Part shown: positions 1-11,752 of the stretch, in pieces
Position numbering within the stretch: position 1 is the stretch's first letter
Layout: each line of letters starts with the position of its first letter
DNA from: Iphione sp. A-MEVVRFRX5
Lineage: Eukaryota
Assembly: GCA_976226885.1 (NCBI GenBank)
Contig: OZ320315.1
Coordinates: 66,836,001 to 66,900,000, forward strand
Length of the DNA: 64,000 bases
Direction: 5' to 3'
Program-made: the position numbers and the translations under genes
The notes under the pieces: generated by a model
Database searches by the model: none
The model's input: only the letters and a program-made list of their open reading frames with translations
Told to the model about the DNA's origin: nothing

Positions 1-2829
1 TCTGTTTATTGGTCATTTTTCACATTATATCACACTAGTTTTACCCAATGTTTACCTTTGTGTCAAAGCAGACCATATATGAAGTAGGACAACCCACATA
101 AATAGCCCTTTACGTTGTGGGTTGTCAGATCACAGATGGTGTTTCCTTGCTGTTGGAGCAGCTAGTATAAATAATTGAAAATCTACTCCAGTGCGCCTTC
201 AGATTCGCCTTTCCGGTGATACTATACCATGGTGTGGTATATGTGGTAGTTTATATGACCTCTATGGTTTGGTAAATTTCCCATGATCCTTGACACAAGT
301 TGTATCACATGACAAATACTTTTTATATTGGTGTCGAGGTAATCAGTCTTTGTCGCATGGTAAACCTGTTTCGATGTTAGTTAACAAATTGAATATCAAA
401 TGCGATATATCAGTCAGTTTTTAATGTAATGAAATGTATGTTCATTTAATGAAATGAAATGTTATAAGGAATACGATGGTGTAGAGTCTCTATCTTTATT
501 CTTTGCTAAGATAATGACAAATCAAACATGAACTAAAATCCTACATGAGCACCAAAATGAGGGTTAGTCATGTTACCGGAAACACAGATTTTTTTCTATT
601 AGGCCCTAATATTAAATAAGGCCATCATCCTTTATGGTCGACAGTAGCTGTGCTGATGAGAGATCACAGAAAAACCGAATAGATGTAATATAACTTTCCA
701 TTCTAAAATGAGGAGCTTAGATTATAGGATTACATGCCCATGACAGCATATCTTTGGTTATCTTATCTCTTCACTATGTGTGAGAGCTTCTGGCTCAGCA
801 CCATTCAGTAAAGATGTCATATGTATGACGGTTTATCTTTGTTACTCTCACAACTATGTTTGTCAGAGATAGCATTATGGAAGATAGGTGATACGTGGAA
901 CTGGGATAAGATAAGAAGAAAGATGCAGACAGTGGTCATTTGAAGTGACAGAAGATAACATATGATAATATGCCTTTAGTTTTTCACTGATATTTCAGAG
1001 ATTTTTGCACATGTATAGGGGTTGTTTGTGGGACTAGGAATGGAATCAAGAAAGAAGTGTCTAGTGCAGTGATTTATAAGTCAGCATAATACACTATGAC
1101 TTTGATGATATCTACTAGACCTTGCCCCAGTTGCTTTGTTAGGGACCTTGCCACTGCTGTTTGGCGGTATATAAAACTAGAAAAAAACTAGGAAAGAATA
1201 TGGTACGAATATGGTTTTATGTTTTTCAGGTCTTTTCATTGCTTGTCATGACCGTTGCCCTTGGTGTCAGGTGGTGTGTGTGTGTATGTTGGTGGGGGGG
1301 GGGGGGTGAGTTCCTGGAGAGGCAAGTACTAATCTCCGCCTTGTACAGCATTCGCCCTCTAGTGGTCGTTTTATGACGCATCATCAAGGAACCCTTGTGT
1401 AGCAATCAAACAAACCAATAACCGGCGCTCAAATATCAGGTGGGACTGACGCAGATGGTGCTAGGGGTTTAGAGTGTTTAAATAGACGGTTTATAGGAGA
1501 GGAGGATTCACGGGGATTGCAAGAAATAAAACCAAATTTAGGCTGCTGGGAAGGTTGTGTATTTTTTCAGGCAGTAGCTAGAGAGTGGGTCACTCTCCCC
1601 TGTGGAGAGAGTTAATTCCACCTAGAAGAAAGATATTTGAAGTTTATAAGGAATGAAAATTTTGATGCTTCGTTATTACAACGCTGGAAGGTGTACGTGT
1701 GGTACAGAACGAATAATTGGATAACATTATGAGAAACTTCGATAATAATTTATCTTAATTACTGTAGAGATCTATCACTCGAATTGAAAATATATCTTGG
1801 TCCGGTATCATATGATACTACAGTCATTAGAGACATACTTTTTAGTGATAGATCTTGTTACACAGGCACATCTCTTCACGTATACTTCTTGCTTTATTTA
1901 AATATCATTTGGATGTTTCTAAGTAGGAGTCCTAGCAACATCCACAAACCTGGAACAACCAGTGAGAGCTTTCACGACGCGGCGGGGTCGAAAATGGGTA
2001 CAGCTTCGCCATACACACACATTCATCGGTTACGTTGTTCTCTCTTTGTCCACTGAATGATAATATCTATGCCCAGGGATAGCACTTCATGACATATAAG
2101 CCGCTCACTTAAACCCCTCCCATGAACTCCTCCGACGCCCATGCTTCCTCGTAACAAGCAAAGGAGGCCACCTTGATCTCAGAGAGAAATACCTTTACTG
2201 ACGAAACAAAGATGTTTTCTCATAACACAAGGTTGCTTGGAATTTATGCTGACCTTCTGGCATCTGGCCAAGGGTATCAAGCCTTTAAGGAAAGCATATG
2301 GCTGATTTTGCTGTAACTATGCTCTGTAAGTAGTATGTCTGATAGAAAAACAGAGGTGCTTGAGTTACATCTTCTTCCATTCCATAACGTATTCTGTACG
2401 TACTTCCCAAGTATTTTCATGTTAGTTCCTAATTACACATATGTACTTTCCAGTTATGTGGATGTACAACATAGCTATACACGTTTACTTTCCACTTAGA
2501 TATACTTCATAATTTTGAAAACGTATCATACACTTCTGTACATTTGTCTCCTAATTACCAATGATATTTTCCAGGTATTCTTGTCATATATACTTATATA
2601 TATGTGTGTGTGTTTGTACTCGCATCTGACGTCCTGGGATAAATTTCAAACTTTACATGCATACACAATTAGTATATATCAACCACTTTAATGCTACAAA
2701 ATTATTTCGGTTAATGAGGGATTTCGAATGATAAAGTTGAACTTCCAAATTAGCAATAGAGCCTCAAATTAATTACTTCAGTATGTATGAAAAAATAACC
2801 AGAAGTCTTTGTTAATGTCTACATTTCCT

Positions 2830-3500
2830 TATCCAAATTTTGTGCCTCTGTCCTGAAAGCATCAGGTTTCAATTCGCAATTAACACATCGCAGTTGAACT
2901 TTTGTACAAGAATACAGCTAATATGCATGGACGTTTCGTTTACTATACTTTGTGTCATTAGTCTTCACATTCCTCAAATTCAATTTGAAAAACCTGCTCT
3001 CTTTGTAGTGACGTCCCCTTTGTTGTGTATTTGTATAACAAACTGCATCTTTGAGTCTATTAAAAATCTCGTAGCTCCCTTGGACAGTTTGCTTCTGTGA
3101 TCTGGTGTTCGAAGATTGGACTGTAATTCCAGATAATAGTTTTTATTTTTTCTAGAAGAGAAAAATAATTGTTGTTCTTTTTAAAGCAAGCCTTCCAAAT
3201 CTATGAAAAGCGGGATGGCCCTTAAATTAAACATTCAGTGCATTTCTACTTTTTAAGATCTTTGGAGAGAGAAAATCAAAGATATTGGTTTCTTCCTACA
3301 GATAACAAAATATCACAAAAGAAGGCAATAAATTTTGGTTGTGTGGGAGTTTATTTTACTCTTATAAACCTAGTTCTTTTTCTAGGAATATTATTCAGAT
3401 CTTCAGATCTGCCCCTGTCAACAGGAGTCATAAATTTCATCAATACTTTCTCAGTATTACGGTTATATACACAGAAGTGTCATGATTATAACCTTGTGAC
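2830..3500 (-). pseudogene. Highly decayed 3-prime fragment of a CR1/L2-like LINE
   Basis: Interrupted translation contains TTRGRHYK and RKRTRFIRVK, resembling the TRGH-x-x-K and QRRAARF motifs of CR1-group ORF2 C-termini. Many stops; motif-level similarity only. Confidence 0.3.
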
Positions 3501-5479
3501 AAAATAAAAGAATGTCTTATGACTTTTATAATGATAATAGCAATAAGAACTTACAAATAAATAGATCCTTGGCATGGTTTCTTCCACCTCTTACTGTGCA
3601 TGTACCACATACTGCACAGGACCATTACGGTGTATGGCTAACTTGGATTTTATGTGAACACAATAAAGCAAATAATAATGGCTCACCTCCCACTTTATAT
3701 ATGATATACAATATTAATGACTCTCTAAATTAAAGCAAAATTACACATACAGTAGTCTGCTACAGGCCTTCCACTGTATACACTAATCTAAACATGAGAC
3801 AGAGTAATCTGTGATATAAACACTGAAAAAAGTACAAAGTAAACTCATTTTGTAATTAAAAGAAAGAGTTGTAGCAATGACCAGTGTACCAGACACAATA
3901 CATATGAGCAAGTTACAAAACAACGTCTACATACCTATAAATAAATGAATTTCAAATTCCTGACAAATAGCTCACAACCTTGGCCCAAAGACGAATGACG
4001 GGTCGCGTATTTTCAATATGTTTCCGATGTTTATACTTTGGTCTACATCTATATGTACACGTGCATCGTACAGTAGAGGTTAGAGCAGTGCTGAGTTTGG
4101 GCAGAACTCCCATCAGGGATCTTAGATAATTTGTGTCTTTATCCCACCATGACCAACTTACATCCCTAACTAATGTGTTCCACTACAAACTTGGACCTGT
4201 CACATAACGATGTATCTCTAAACAGTTGGTAATTTATGATTTCTTTTATATCTCGCATACATAAATTTACGTGTCCTCATCTTTAGAAAAGATAGATTTC
4301 AGTGATTACAATTCGAATGATGGTTCTTTGAATCATCAATGGCACAAATTGGTAATTATGCAAATTCGTCATCCTACAGTTCGTTTACGGCACGAAGCGG
4401 ACTACAACTCTGCACTGTCTATAGCCTTCAACTGTTAACATCTACACAGTGAGCTTTAGAGGATGGCCATAAACTCACCGTCGTGGACTCTGGACCCATG
4501 AAGATCTAAGGTTTCATCTTGTATTCGGTCCTGTCAACAGGAAAGGCAATATCTATCCTCTAACAGGTTTTGCCGTAGGTTTATCATGCTTTTACAATTT
4601 GGTCATGTCTTGTCTTTAGTAAAGTCTCACTATCACCGACCCGTCTGCCTTTCTCCCTGCAGGCATATTTGCTACATAAACCTAATAAATTCTACGTAGC
4701 GCCCTTAGGTACAGTCAATCCTATCAAAATACCTCTCACTATAAAGGAAACATGACTGATGCTACAGGTGGAAAGTCCTTACAATGTGTTATGTGTGCAT
4801 GTCCTTGACATCTGGAATGTTGGGGTGGGGTTGGGGGGCGACTGCAAGTCTGACAGCAACGGGATAATCAGTATCCGATTGTAATTTACAGTTTTCAGAA
4901 ACCTGATACGAAGCCATCTAAGTACTACAGTGAACGGATATATTCTCAAGAGACAGGTCGAACTAAAAAGGTCTTTAGGGCCACAATATATAAATAAGGA
5001 CAGTGTTATTTGGGTGTTGAAGATATCCTAATGACCACACACTCTAACTGGGCATTTACCAACCAAATAACGAGCAAACAATCTCTGCCCCATCGTGTCG
5101 TCGGCAGGACGTCTTTACAAATGACAATCTATATATACATGTATATGTATTTGTATGTGTGATAACATTAAAGATGGCATTGCTACAGGTCGTGGGGGAG
5201 AGACTTTGCTGTACTACAGAAACAAGAATTACATGTACATTCAGCACTTAACGCCTAAAGATGCCAGAGCAGAATTGCTAGGTTTATTTTGCTCCAAGAG
5301 TGATATAGTTAGGAATTGCTATGTTAATTTGTAGACGCCTTGTCACCCATCATTAACAGAATTAATATGTTCAATAACCCACCAGTGCTGTGACGAGCTC
5401 CTTCCCCATGCCTTCTGTGGCAGAAAACGTCCATCGTGATTAGTCGATTCTTTGCTGGCATTTACTGTGCTGTTTTTGA

Positions 5480-6760
5480 GATCTGGAAGGTCTCTTTGGA
5501 TAACCTTTGGACTTTGTAGCCGTGTCCATGTTAATTGACCGAATTCAAGAAGTATGACGTAGTGCGATATGCCACAAGGCATGATACTACACTTGTCGAA
5601 TATTTAAATGTGTCGTCAGTTTTCCCTACCAGGCAAGCACGTGTTTGCTGACGTCTCGGAGTTAGGACAATTTCGTACTCTTCATATAGGCAAACCAAGC
5701 TAGACTTGTGACATGATCCATATTTTTCAGGATTGCTGTTTCCCGTCGGTAGCGTGTAGCCTCCCTTTGTTCCTCTCCGCTATTGTCATTCACAACATGA
5801 TTACATAAATAAGATGGTCTCGCTTCGGGTTATTTTTCCTGGCTCCTCCCTCCACCATGGAGCTGTACTCTCCAACAAGTCATGTAAACTAAAGATATGT
5901 ACACCTTCTCGAACACACAATGGTTTTTAAACTAATATCCATGTCCTGTGTCCTAAGTAAAATAACTCAAAATCAATTATCACAATGATCTTTTTAAAAA
6001 GTACATTCTAGATCGCCCCCAAAGTGTCAAAGATATTATCACTCTCTGGTCTCCACATCAAGGTCTTCCTCAGTTTTCATCTCTCGATTCTTATTAGAGG
6101 TAAATATTTCTTTAAACTTCGAATTATACGTTAGACCCAAGGCCCGATGTAAACCTAGCTCAATCTCCAATTTAAATGCTTTCTTCCTACTTTGCAATGT
6201 AGTCCGCCTCCACTCTCCTGCCATGGGTTCCTTCTCTACGCTGCTCTATCCCTTCCCTCTGTGCATGTCATTGCCTCATCACTTCACGACCCACTTATCT
6301 ACTTATCTTATTCAAATAGATTTAGATAGTCGCTGGTCAGCTTGTTAAATAGGTGGTCAACAACCGTTTACACTTTGGTTATCAGTTGGTCTCTCTGTAC
6401 ACAGACACTTCTGCTGTGTTCCTCGTTTCCACCACCTTATTAGGCACCTGTAGACCTTCTCTCTACTTGCCAGTTTGACTTAAGCCACATCTTTCAGAGA
6501 TGACTTAATGTCCATTAAAGATGATCCTACATTAGGTCAGTTGTCCAAATATCTGTCTGAAGTATGTTTTAGAAAACCGGACACTATGCTTGTAAAAGCG
6601 GTCGTATTTTAGCAGGGCTAGCACTGCGTGTAGTCCTTCGGAACTGCCTTGTCCAGTATTCAAAACCGTATTATGCTCTCAAGGACACTTAAACATAGGC
6701 CTTAGCTTGGGCCTACTCTTTCATCGGGAAAATTTCTTCACTAGGAGACACATCAACAGA
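5480..6760. pseudogene. Decayed non-LTR reverse transcriptase fragments
   Basis: Plus strand about 5570-5660 reads DMPQGMIL...HVFADVSE (GVPQGS and FADD-like). Minus strand about 6330-6700 reads TVVDHLFNKL (RVV-x-x-WN-x-L-like). Heavily degenerate. Confidence 0.3.
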
Positions 6761-7391
6761 AATTAAGCTATAAAGTATTCTTGTCACTTTCATGTTCTCT
6801 CTTCCCTACTTAATTAATCCTTTATATTTCTTCTAACCATTATTCGACACACTATCTCCCTATATTTAGCTCCATCTCGCTCTCAACCAAACCTCATTTA
6901 CTCTGTATCTCTCCCTATATTCTGTGTCTAAATCTCATTCACTCTCCTATTTCAACTCCAATACTCTCTTTCTCTCTTCTTTATCTCTACCCATCCCGGC
7001 CTCTCTCTCCCCGTCGCCTTTCTCTCATCTCCCTCTATACCTGGTATCTCCCTTTCTCTGATTGCTACTCCCCTCCCTTACCCTTCGTTTTCACAACAAC
7101 CCAGTGTGTTCGTGTGCAACCTATTTTAAACACCTTGTTTCCTTGTTCATCCTTCTTCGTAACTCATGACTTCTCCACTGTCCACGTCTCAGCAAGTATT
7201 CCAACGGTCAGCCCCAAGTTGTCCTCGGGGTGGGTCATCCGGGTACTAGTCCACCCACATAGAATTATTAATATAATGTCCGCGGACGCAGGTGGGCGAT
7301 GTGGAAAAATAGGGGGTATGATGACGTTCGCCTGCGAACAGGTGTGTGAAAACCCTTGAGGAGAGGTAAGGTGGCGCTCCCTCCTGGAGGG

Positions 7392-7484
7392 CTAGCTGTG
7401 ACGGCAGACGGAGCAGGAGCATGTCTCAGCCGACTTGAACACCAGGTTGCGCCTTCCTCCGATGCAGAGTGCGGTCACTATCAC
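7392..7484 (-). CDS. GPHA2: GPA2 coding exon 3 (terminal)
   Basis: Acceptor ttttcccag ending at 7485. Reads VIVTALCIGGRRNLVFKSAETCSCSVCRHS* (TAG 7394-7392). The spliced product is 122 aa with 10 Cys in the mature chain and the C-terminal FKSA-x-x-C-x-C-x-x-C motif. Confidence 0.95.
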   Translation of the reverse strand: MIVTALCIGGRRNLVFKSAETCSCSVCRHS

Positions 7485-8114
7485 CTGGGAAAACATTGAC
7501 ATAAAAATTAGCAAGAAAAGGCCAGGTACCCTCAAGTTCAATAGAGTAGCAACCCATCGTGTAAGCACCGTGATGAGGAGGAGGGCAATTCAGAATGAGG
7601 GCATGTTAGGTGAGTTCCAGCAGTTGATTGCAAAAGATCATAATTATAGCCAACGTAGGAGGCAGAACAACTCATGCTTAAGGAGTAGTCTGGTGCCATT
7701 GGTGCCCTTAATTATAATTGCTGTAGGCAGTTTGGCAAACTGTTGGGAATCATTTTATTTTCAGTATTGTTCTTAGAAGTCTGTCCACGACCAAATTACA
7801 CGGTAAGATGTGGTATTTCTATGTGAGGTATTATCTGTTCATTGAGGCAACGTGTAGACTGTAAAGTTCAACTAATTGTCTGTTTAATTACTTTCTTCTT
7901 TAGTATTATGGACGTCGATTTGTGATGTTCAGTCAATCCAGTTGGTTTTATGTTAATATGATAAAGTATTATTCGTTATATGAGAAGCAACGCTTGACCA
8001 GATTTTCGTGAGTGCTAATTCTGAAGAAATATAGATGCTTACATCCTATCAGGTTTATTTTTCCCTTTACACTTTCACTTCAGGATTACTTTCATACATA
8101 AACTCCATACTCAC

Positions 8115-8278
8115 GTCATGGGTGGTTCCTATGGAGCAACACTCCGCTCGTGACGTCACATCTAGGTGACCAATCAAAGACGGCGATGGATAGGCATAGG
8201 ACTTGCAGAAACCACGACAAGCATTCGTCAGAACAGTGAACGTTACGCATCCATCCACATGGATCTTCCTCTCGTAGG
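8115..8278 (-). CDS. GPHA2: GPA2 coding exon 2
   Basis: Acceptor tttttaag ending at 8279. 164 nt reading (A)YERKIHVDGCVTFTVLTNACRGFCKSYAYPSPSLIGHLDVTSRAECCSIGTTHD, donor gtgagt at 8114 (phase 0). The NACRGFC and CC motifs match the GPA2 cystine knot. Confidence 0.95.
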
Positions 8279-9909
8279 CTTAAAAAGACATTTTCAAAAA
8301 GCACTAATGAAAATTCATACTTAATGTAAATAGAGAAAATATTGTGGCGTGCAACAGGCGAACACATAGTCGAATGGTAAGGCTTAATTTCCTTAGGTGC
8401 ATGTTTTCATGGGTGTGGTAGTGTGTTTTCAGCATGTCTTTTGGCATATAGAGGAAGAGTAGGAATGTTTCTTTGTAGGCATGTACCGTGTAGTATGTTT
8501 GCCAGGGCATTGGTATGTTTGGGGATCCATGTACACATGTTCTGGTCATTTATTTTAAGACCAATCATTAATATGAGGGGTGATGCAAGGTTCTTTGCTG
8601 GTTCTAATGCTATTTTAGTTGTTTTTGGGGGGGAAAGCATGAACCTTTCACGGCACTCCATGGCACAAAACATGTATGAAAACTCTGATCCTTACCCTTT
8701 TTCATGTCACGAGATCTTAGGTTTTAGCCAACAATAAAAATAAGTTATCTTAAAATATTGTGTACTTGACTGCGAGACAGTAAAGTAGTGACCTAAGGAA
8801 GGTTTGTCCTTTAGGATCCAAAATCACGTGTAAGATCTCCAGTATCTATTAGCAAAGCTTCCGAGAGACAAGGTTCTCTACAGAGATGTTATTTCTCTGT
8901 TAAAAATTTGTGACGTGAGGCCACATTCACCAACCTGTTTTTACAAGAATTAACAAAACGTGAACAGCTACTAACAGTTCTACAATCACAAATAATATTT
9001 TGATAAATGCTGAGTCATAAGTCTTGAAATGCAGGTTAACAGATGAACACTTGTAACAGTTAATAACCTGCCCTAGTCATTTATTCAAACTTGCTCTTTT
9101 GTCCATCAGAGAAAAATCTTGTCGAATACAGATGCACATTTTGAGTCGAGAGATAAGCAGTTGCATTTGCTGATTTTGTGGATATGCCATAACTAAAGGA
9201 CATTGGCCTGACTTCTACTTTGGATCTCGTGAGAAGAGTCGGATGGACTTTAAGAGTCTCTTGCTCAGACATCCTAGTGCATAAATGAAAAAGCAAACAT
9301 ACGGTAGTATAGCGAGGACATGGGAAGAAAAAGATGAATCAGCGAAAGTTTACACCACCATCAAGGTTACTTGTGTACCTACTACTCTGCTCGGTGTGTC
9401 AGTTTTCCCCTGAAGTGGATCATTTGAACACAAATGTCCTCATGAGAGGTACTTTTTCTTCTTATCCTTATTGCTGACTTATTCTTCCTTGTTACACAAT
9501 ACGGACTGAAAGGTCAACCCATGGTTAGGTGGTATACAGTTAAAACGCTGAGAAACACACACCACTGAGTAGAGAGAACAGTGAAGACAGACAGGCAGAC
9601 AGAGAAAAATATAGACACAAATGTGTCGTCAGGAGGCAAAAAAGGGAGTAAACCAAGATAGGGAGGCAGTCATGACAATGGTTGATGGTTTCGCAAGAAA
9701 AGAAACAGAGACAGGAGCGACAGACAGATGCTCTTTCAAAATGGGAAAAGAGGAAAAGAAGAGAGCACTGTGACAGAAAGACAGCGGACAAGCAGTGCTC
9801 AAGCCAGACCTAGAGAAAGATGGTAAGAACAAGATCAAACAAAGAAAATGTGATATTTATAACGAATAGAACGTTAAATAGGTAAGCTTTTAGGACGCGA
9901 GCGACTCAC

Positions 9910-10021
9910 CCAGCTTATGACAGCCAACCGATCGCCAGCTCTGGCCGTGCGTCAACACACAGCAGCCGACGATGAGCAGCATCACGATGCGCATGCCTCG
10001 GTGCAGCCACTTCCGGTACAT
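9910..10021 (-). CDS. GPHA2: Glycoprotein hormone alpha-2 (GPA2), coding exon 1: signal peptide and start of the cystine knot
   Basis: ATG at 10021 reads MYRKWLHRGMRIVMLLIVGCCVLTHGQSWRSVGCHKL plus 1 nt, followed by donor gtgagt at 9909 (phase 1). Hydrophobic signal peptide, then the W-x-x-x-G-C-H-K motif typical of invertebrate GPA2. Confidence 0.93.
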
Positions 10022-11339
10022 ATCCCCAGGACTGGAAGATCAAGAAGGAAGAGGGGAAAGGTAAGTTACTGGCTGGGGCCTTTAACTATTGGCTGAACGG
10101 GCAACCAATCAGGTGTCGGCAATCCCGGTTATGGTGCTCTTCGCGTTCAGGGTGAACAGAAGCTGAGATTAAAATAAAAAACGAAAAAGACAAACCTGAC
10201 GGAAAGGGTTAGAGTATGACTATGTATACACAACACTTACATTTGAAGACGCAGGTAATTATGAATAAAACTAAACGTTTTCCAGGCGACAATGACTAGT
10301 TTATAAGTGTGGTGCAAAACTTGTAGAAGTCGCGCTTCCTGGTAAAGTTAAAGCAGAATTGTCACATTCTCGGCAAAACAATTCGAGTATCTTCCATGAG
10401 AATAACTTAAAAGGTCAGTGCATGAGACCAAGAAAACAAGAACCAGAATAGTTCAAAAGAATAAAATAAGACTCCCCAGAAATACGAAGAACGATCTCGG
10501 AGATGTGCGCGAACATGAAATGCGTGTGTACATATATCAGTAAAAAATGTCACTCTAGCTTACATTCCCTGACAGAGACGGGATTGAAAATGGGGCATCT
10601 AAGTTCTAAGAAATGAGGATGCTTTTTACTTTTAGGATGAGAGTGCCACCTGTTCAAGCCGCCTTCCTGGTTGTGGCTGACTGCCGCACTGGCCAGTGCT
10701 TTTGAAGACTGAGTAAGGAATGTTGCCTCGGTCACGCTTGTTGATAGACGCCCCCGCAATCGCTGATGATCCATAATCCATGAGGTAGCCATCCCCCTCC
10801 TCCTCTCCCCTCACCCACCAACCCACACGCCCTCGCTCGGTCCCCTTCCCCAACGACCTACTGAAGCTTGTCCTTCGACATCCCGTACGGGTTTCCCATA
10901 CCAAATAAGTTACATGCCTTATTTGGTGTGGGGAATACCCCATCCACCCCCAATACCCAAGTGGTGTATGGCGCACCACTGTGGGACAACTGATTGGCTG
11001 ATTTAGGCATGGGTTTTGAGGGTTCAGACACACCTTGTTATGCCAACACACGCACGTTCTTCCGGTCCCCTCATAGCGACCTGTATAATTAAGTGCGTAA
11101 ACAAACGCACACCTACACAATGAGACGGGATTATCTGCGATGACGATCACGTGGCAGTCGCTAGGGATAAACCTGTGAGGATTATTGATCACTCTATCAC
11201 TCTACAGGCCACTCTACCAATCTGGAAGAGATGAATGTGTTCAAGTGGGGATAGGACCGGTAGATTGACAGTCCCGGTAACTATTTCACCTTCGTTGGTG
11301 TAAAAATGTAGGGAGGGAGGGGGTTCTATTTGAAACCAG

Positions 11340-11612
11340 AAAGACAATTGAGAACTCCCCACACTCACAGCTAATAGGTATGCACTCTGAAGTCGAGTAG
11401 AAAAGGTGTTCCCCCCACTTCCCAAGCCTACAATTTCTTTTTTTAGAGCACGGCGGCAATCTTTTTTCTCTTTAGGCCTATTTGAGCTGCCAACTGCCAA
11501 CACCAGTACCCCTGACATGAAAATTGTTCTGTTGGCTTGGGCAGGGTTCGAACCCACTAGGATAGCAATTAAACAGTCTTTTGATTCTCTAACCCACAAG
11601 ACCACAGAGCTC
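11340..11612 (-). mobile_element. tRNA-derived SINE-like element
   Basis: Minus-strand head gagctctgTGGTCTTGTGGgttagag...gtgGGTTCGAACCCtgcc has A-box and B-box-like motifs (11536-11612), followed by a non-tRNA body. The 3-prime boundary is approximate. Confidence 0.55.
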
Positions 11613-11674
11613 TCACTTATGGATGGATGATACATGTTGTAGAGGTGTCTGTTACCTGTTATGTGTCCCCTGTA

Positions 11675-11716
<42 letters not shown>

Positions 11717-11752
11717 AGAGAGAAAGACAGGGAGAGAGAGGGAGCCATGACT

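Noticed and set aside
1930-2030. Minus-strand WRSCTHFRPRRVVKALTGC as a possible GPB5 exon
   Set aside because: Cysteine spacing and flanking motifs (CWGRC, terminal C-x-C-x-x-C) are missing; no suitable splice sites.
10550-11635. ORFs of 80-186 aa upstream of GPA2
   Set aside because: No recognisable domain; they overlap SINE and low-complexity sequence, and I could not build a consistent splice model.
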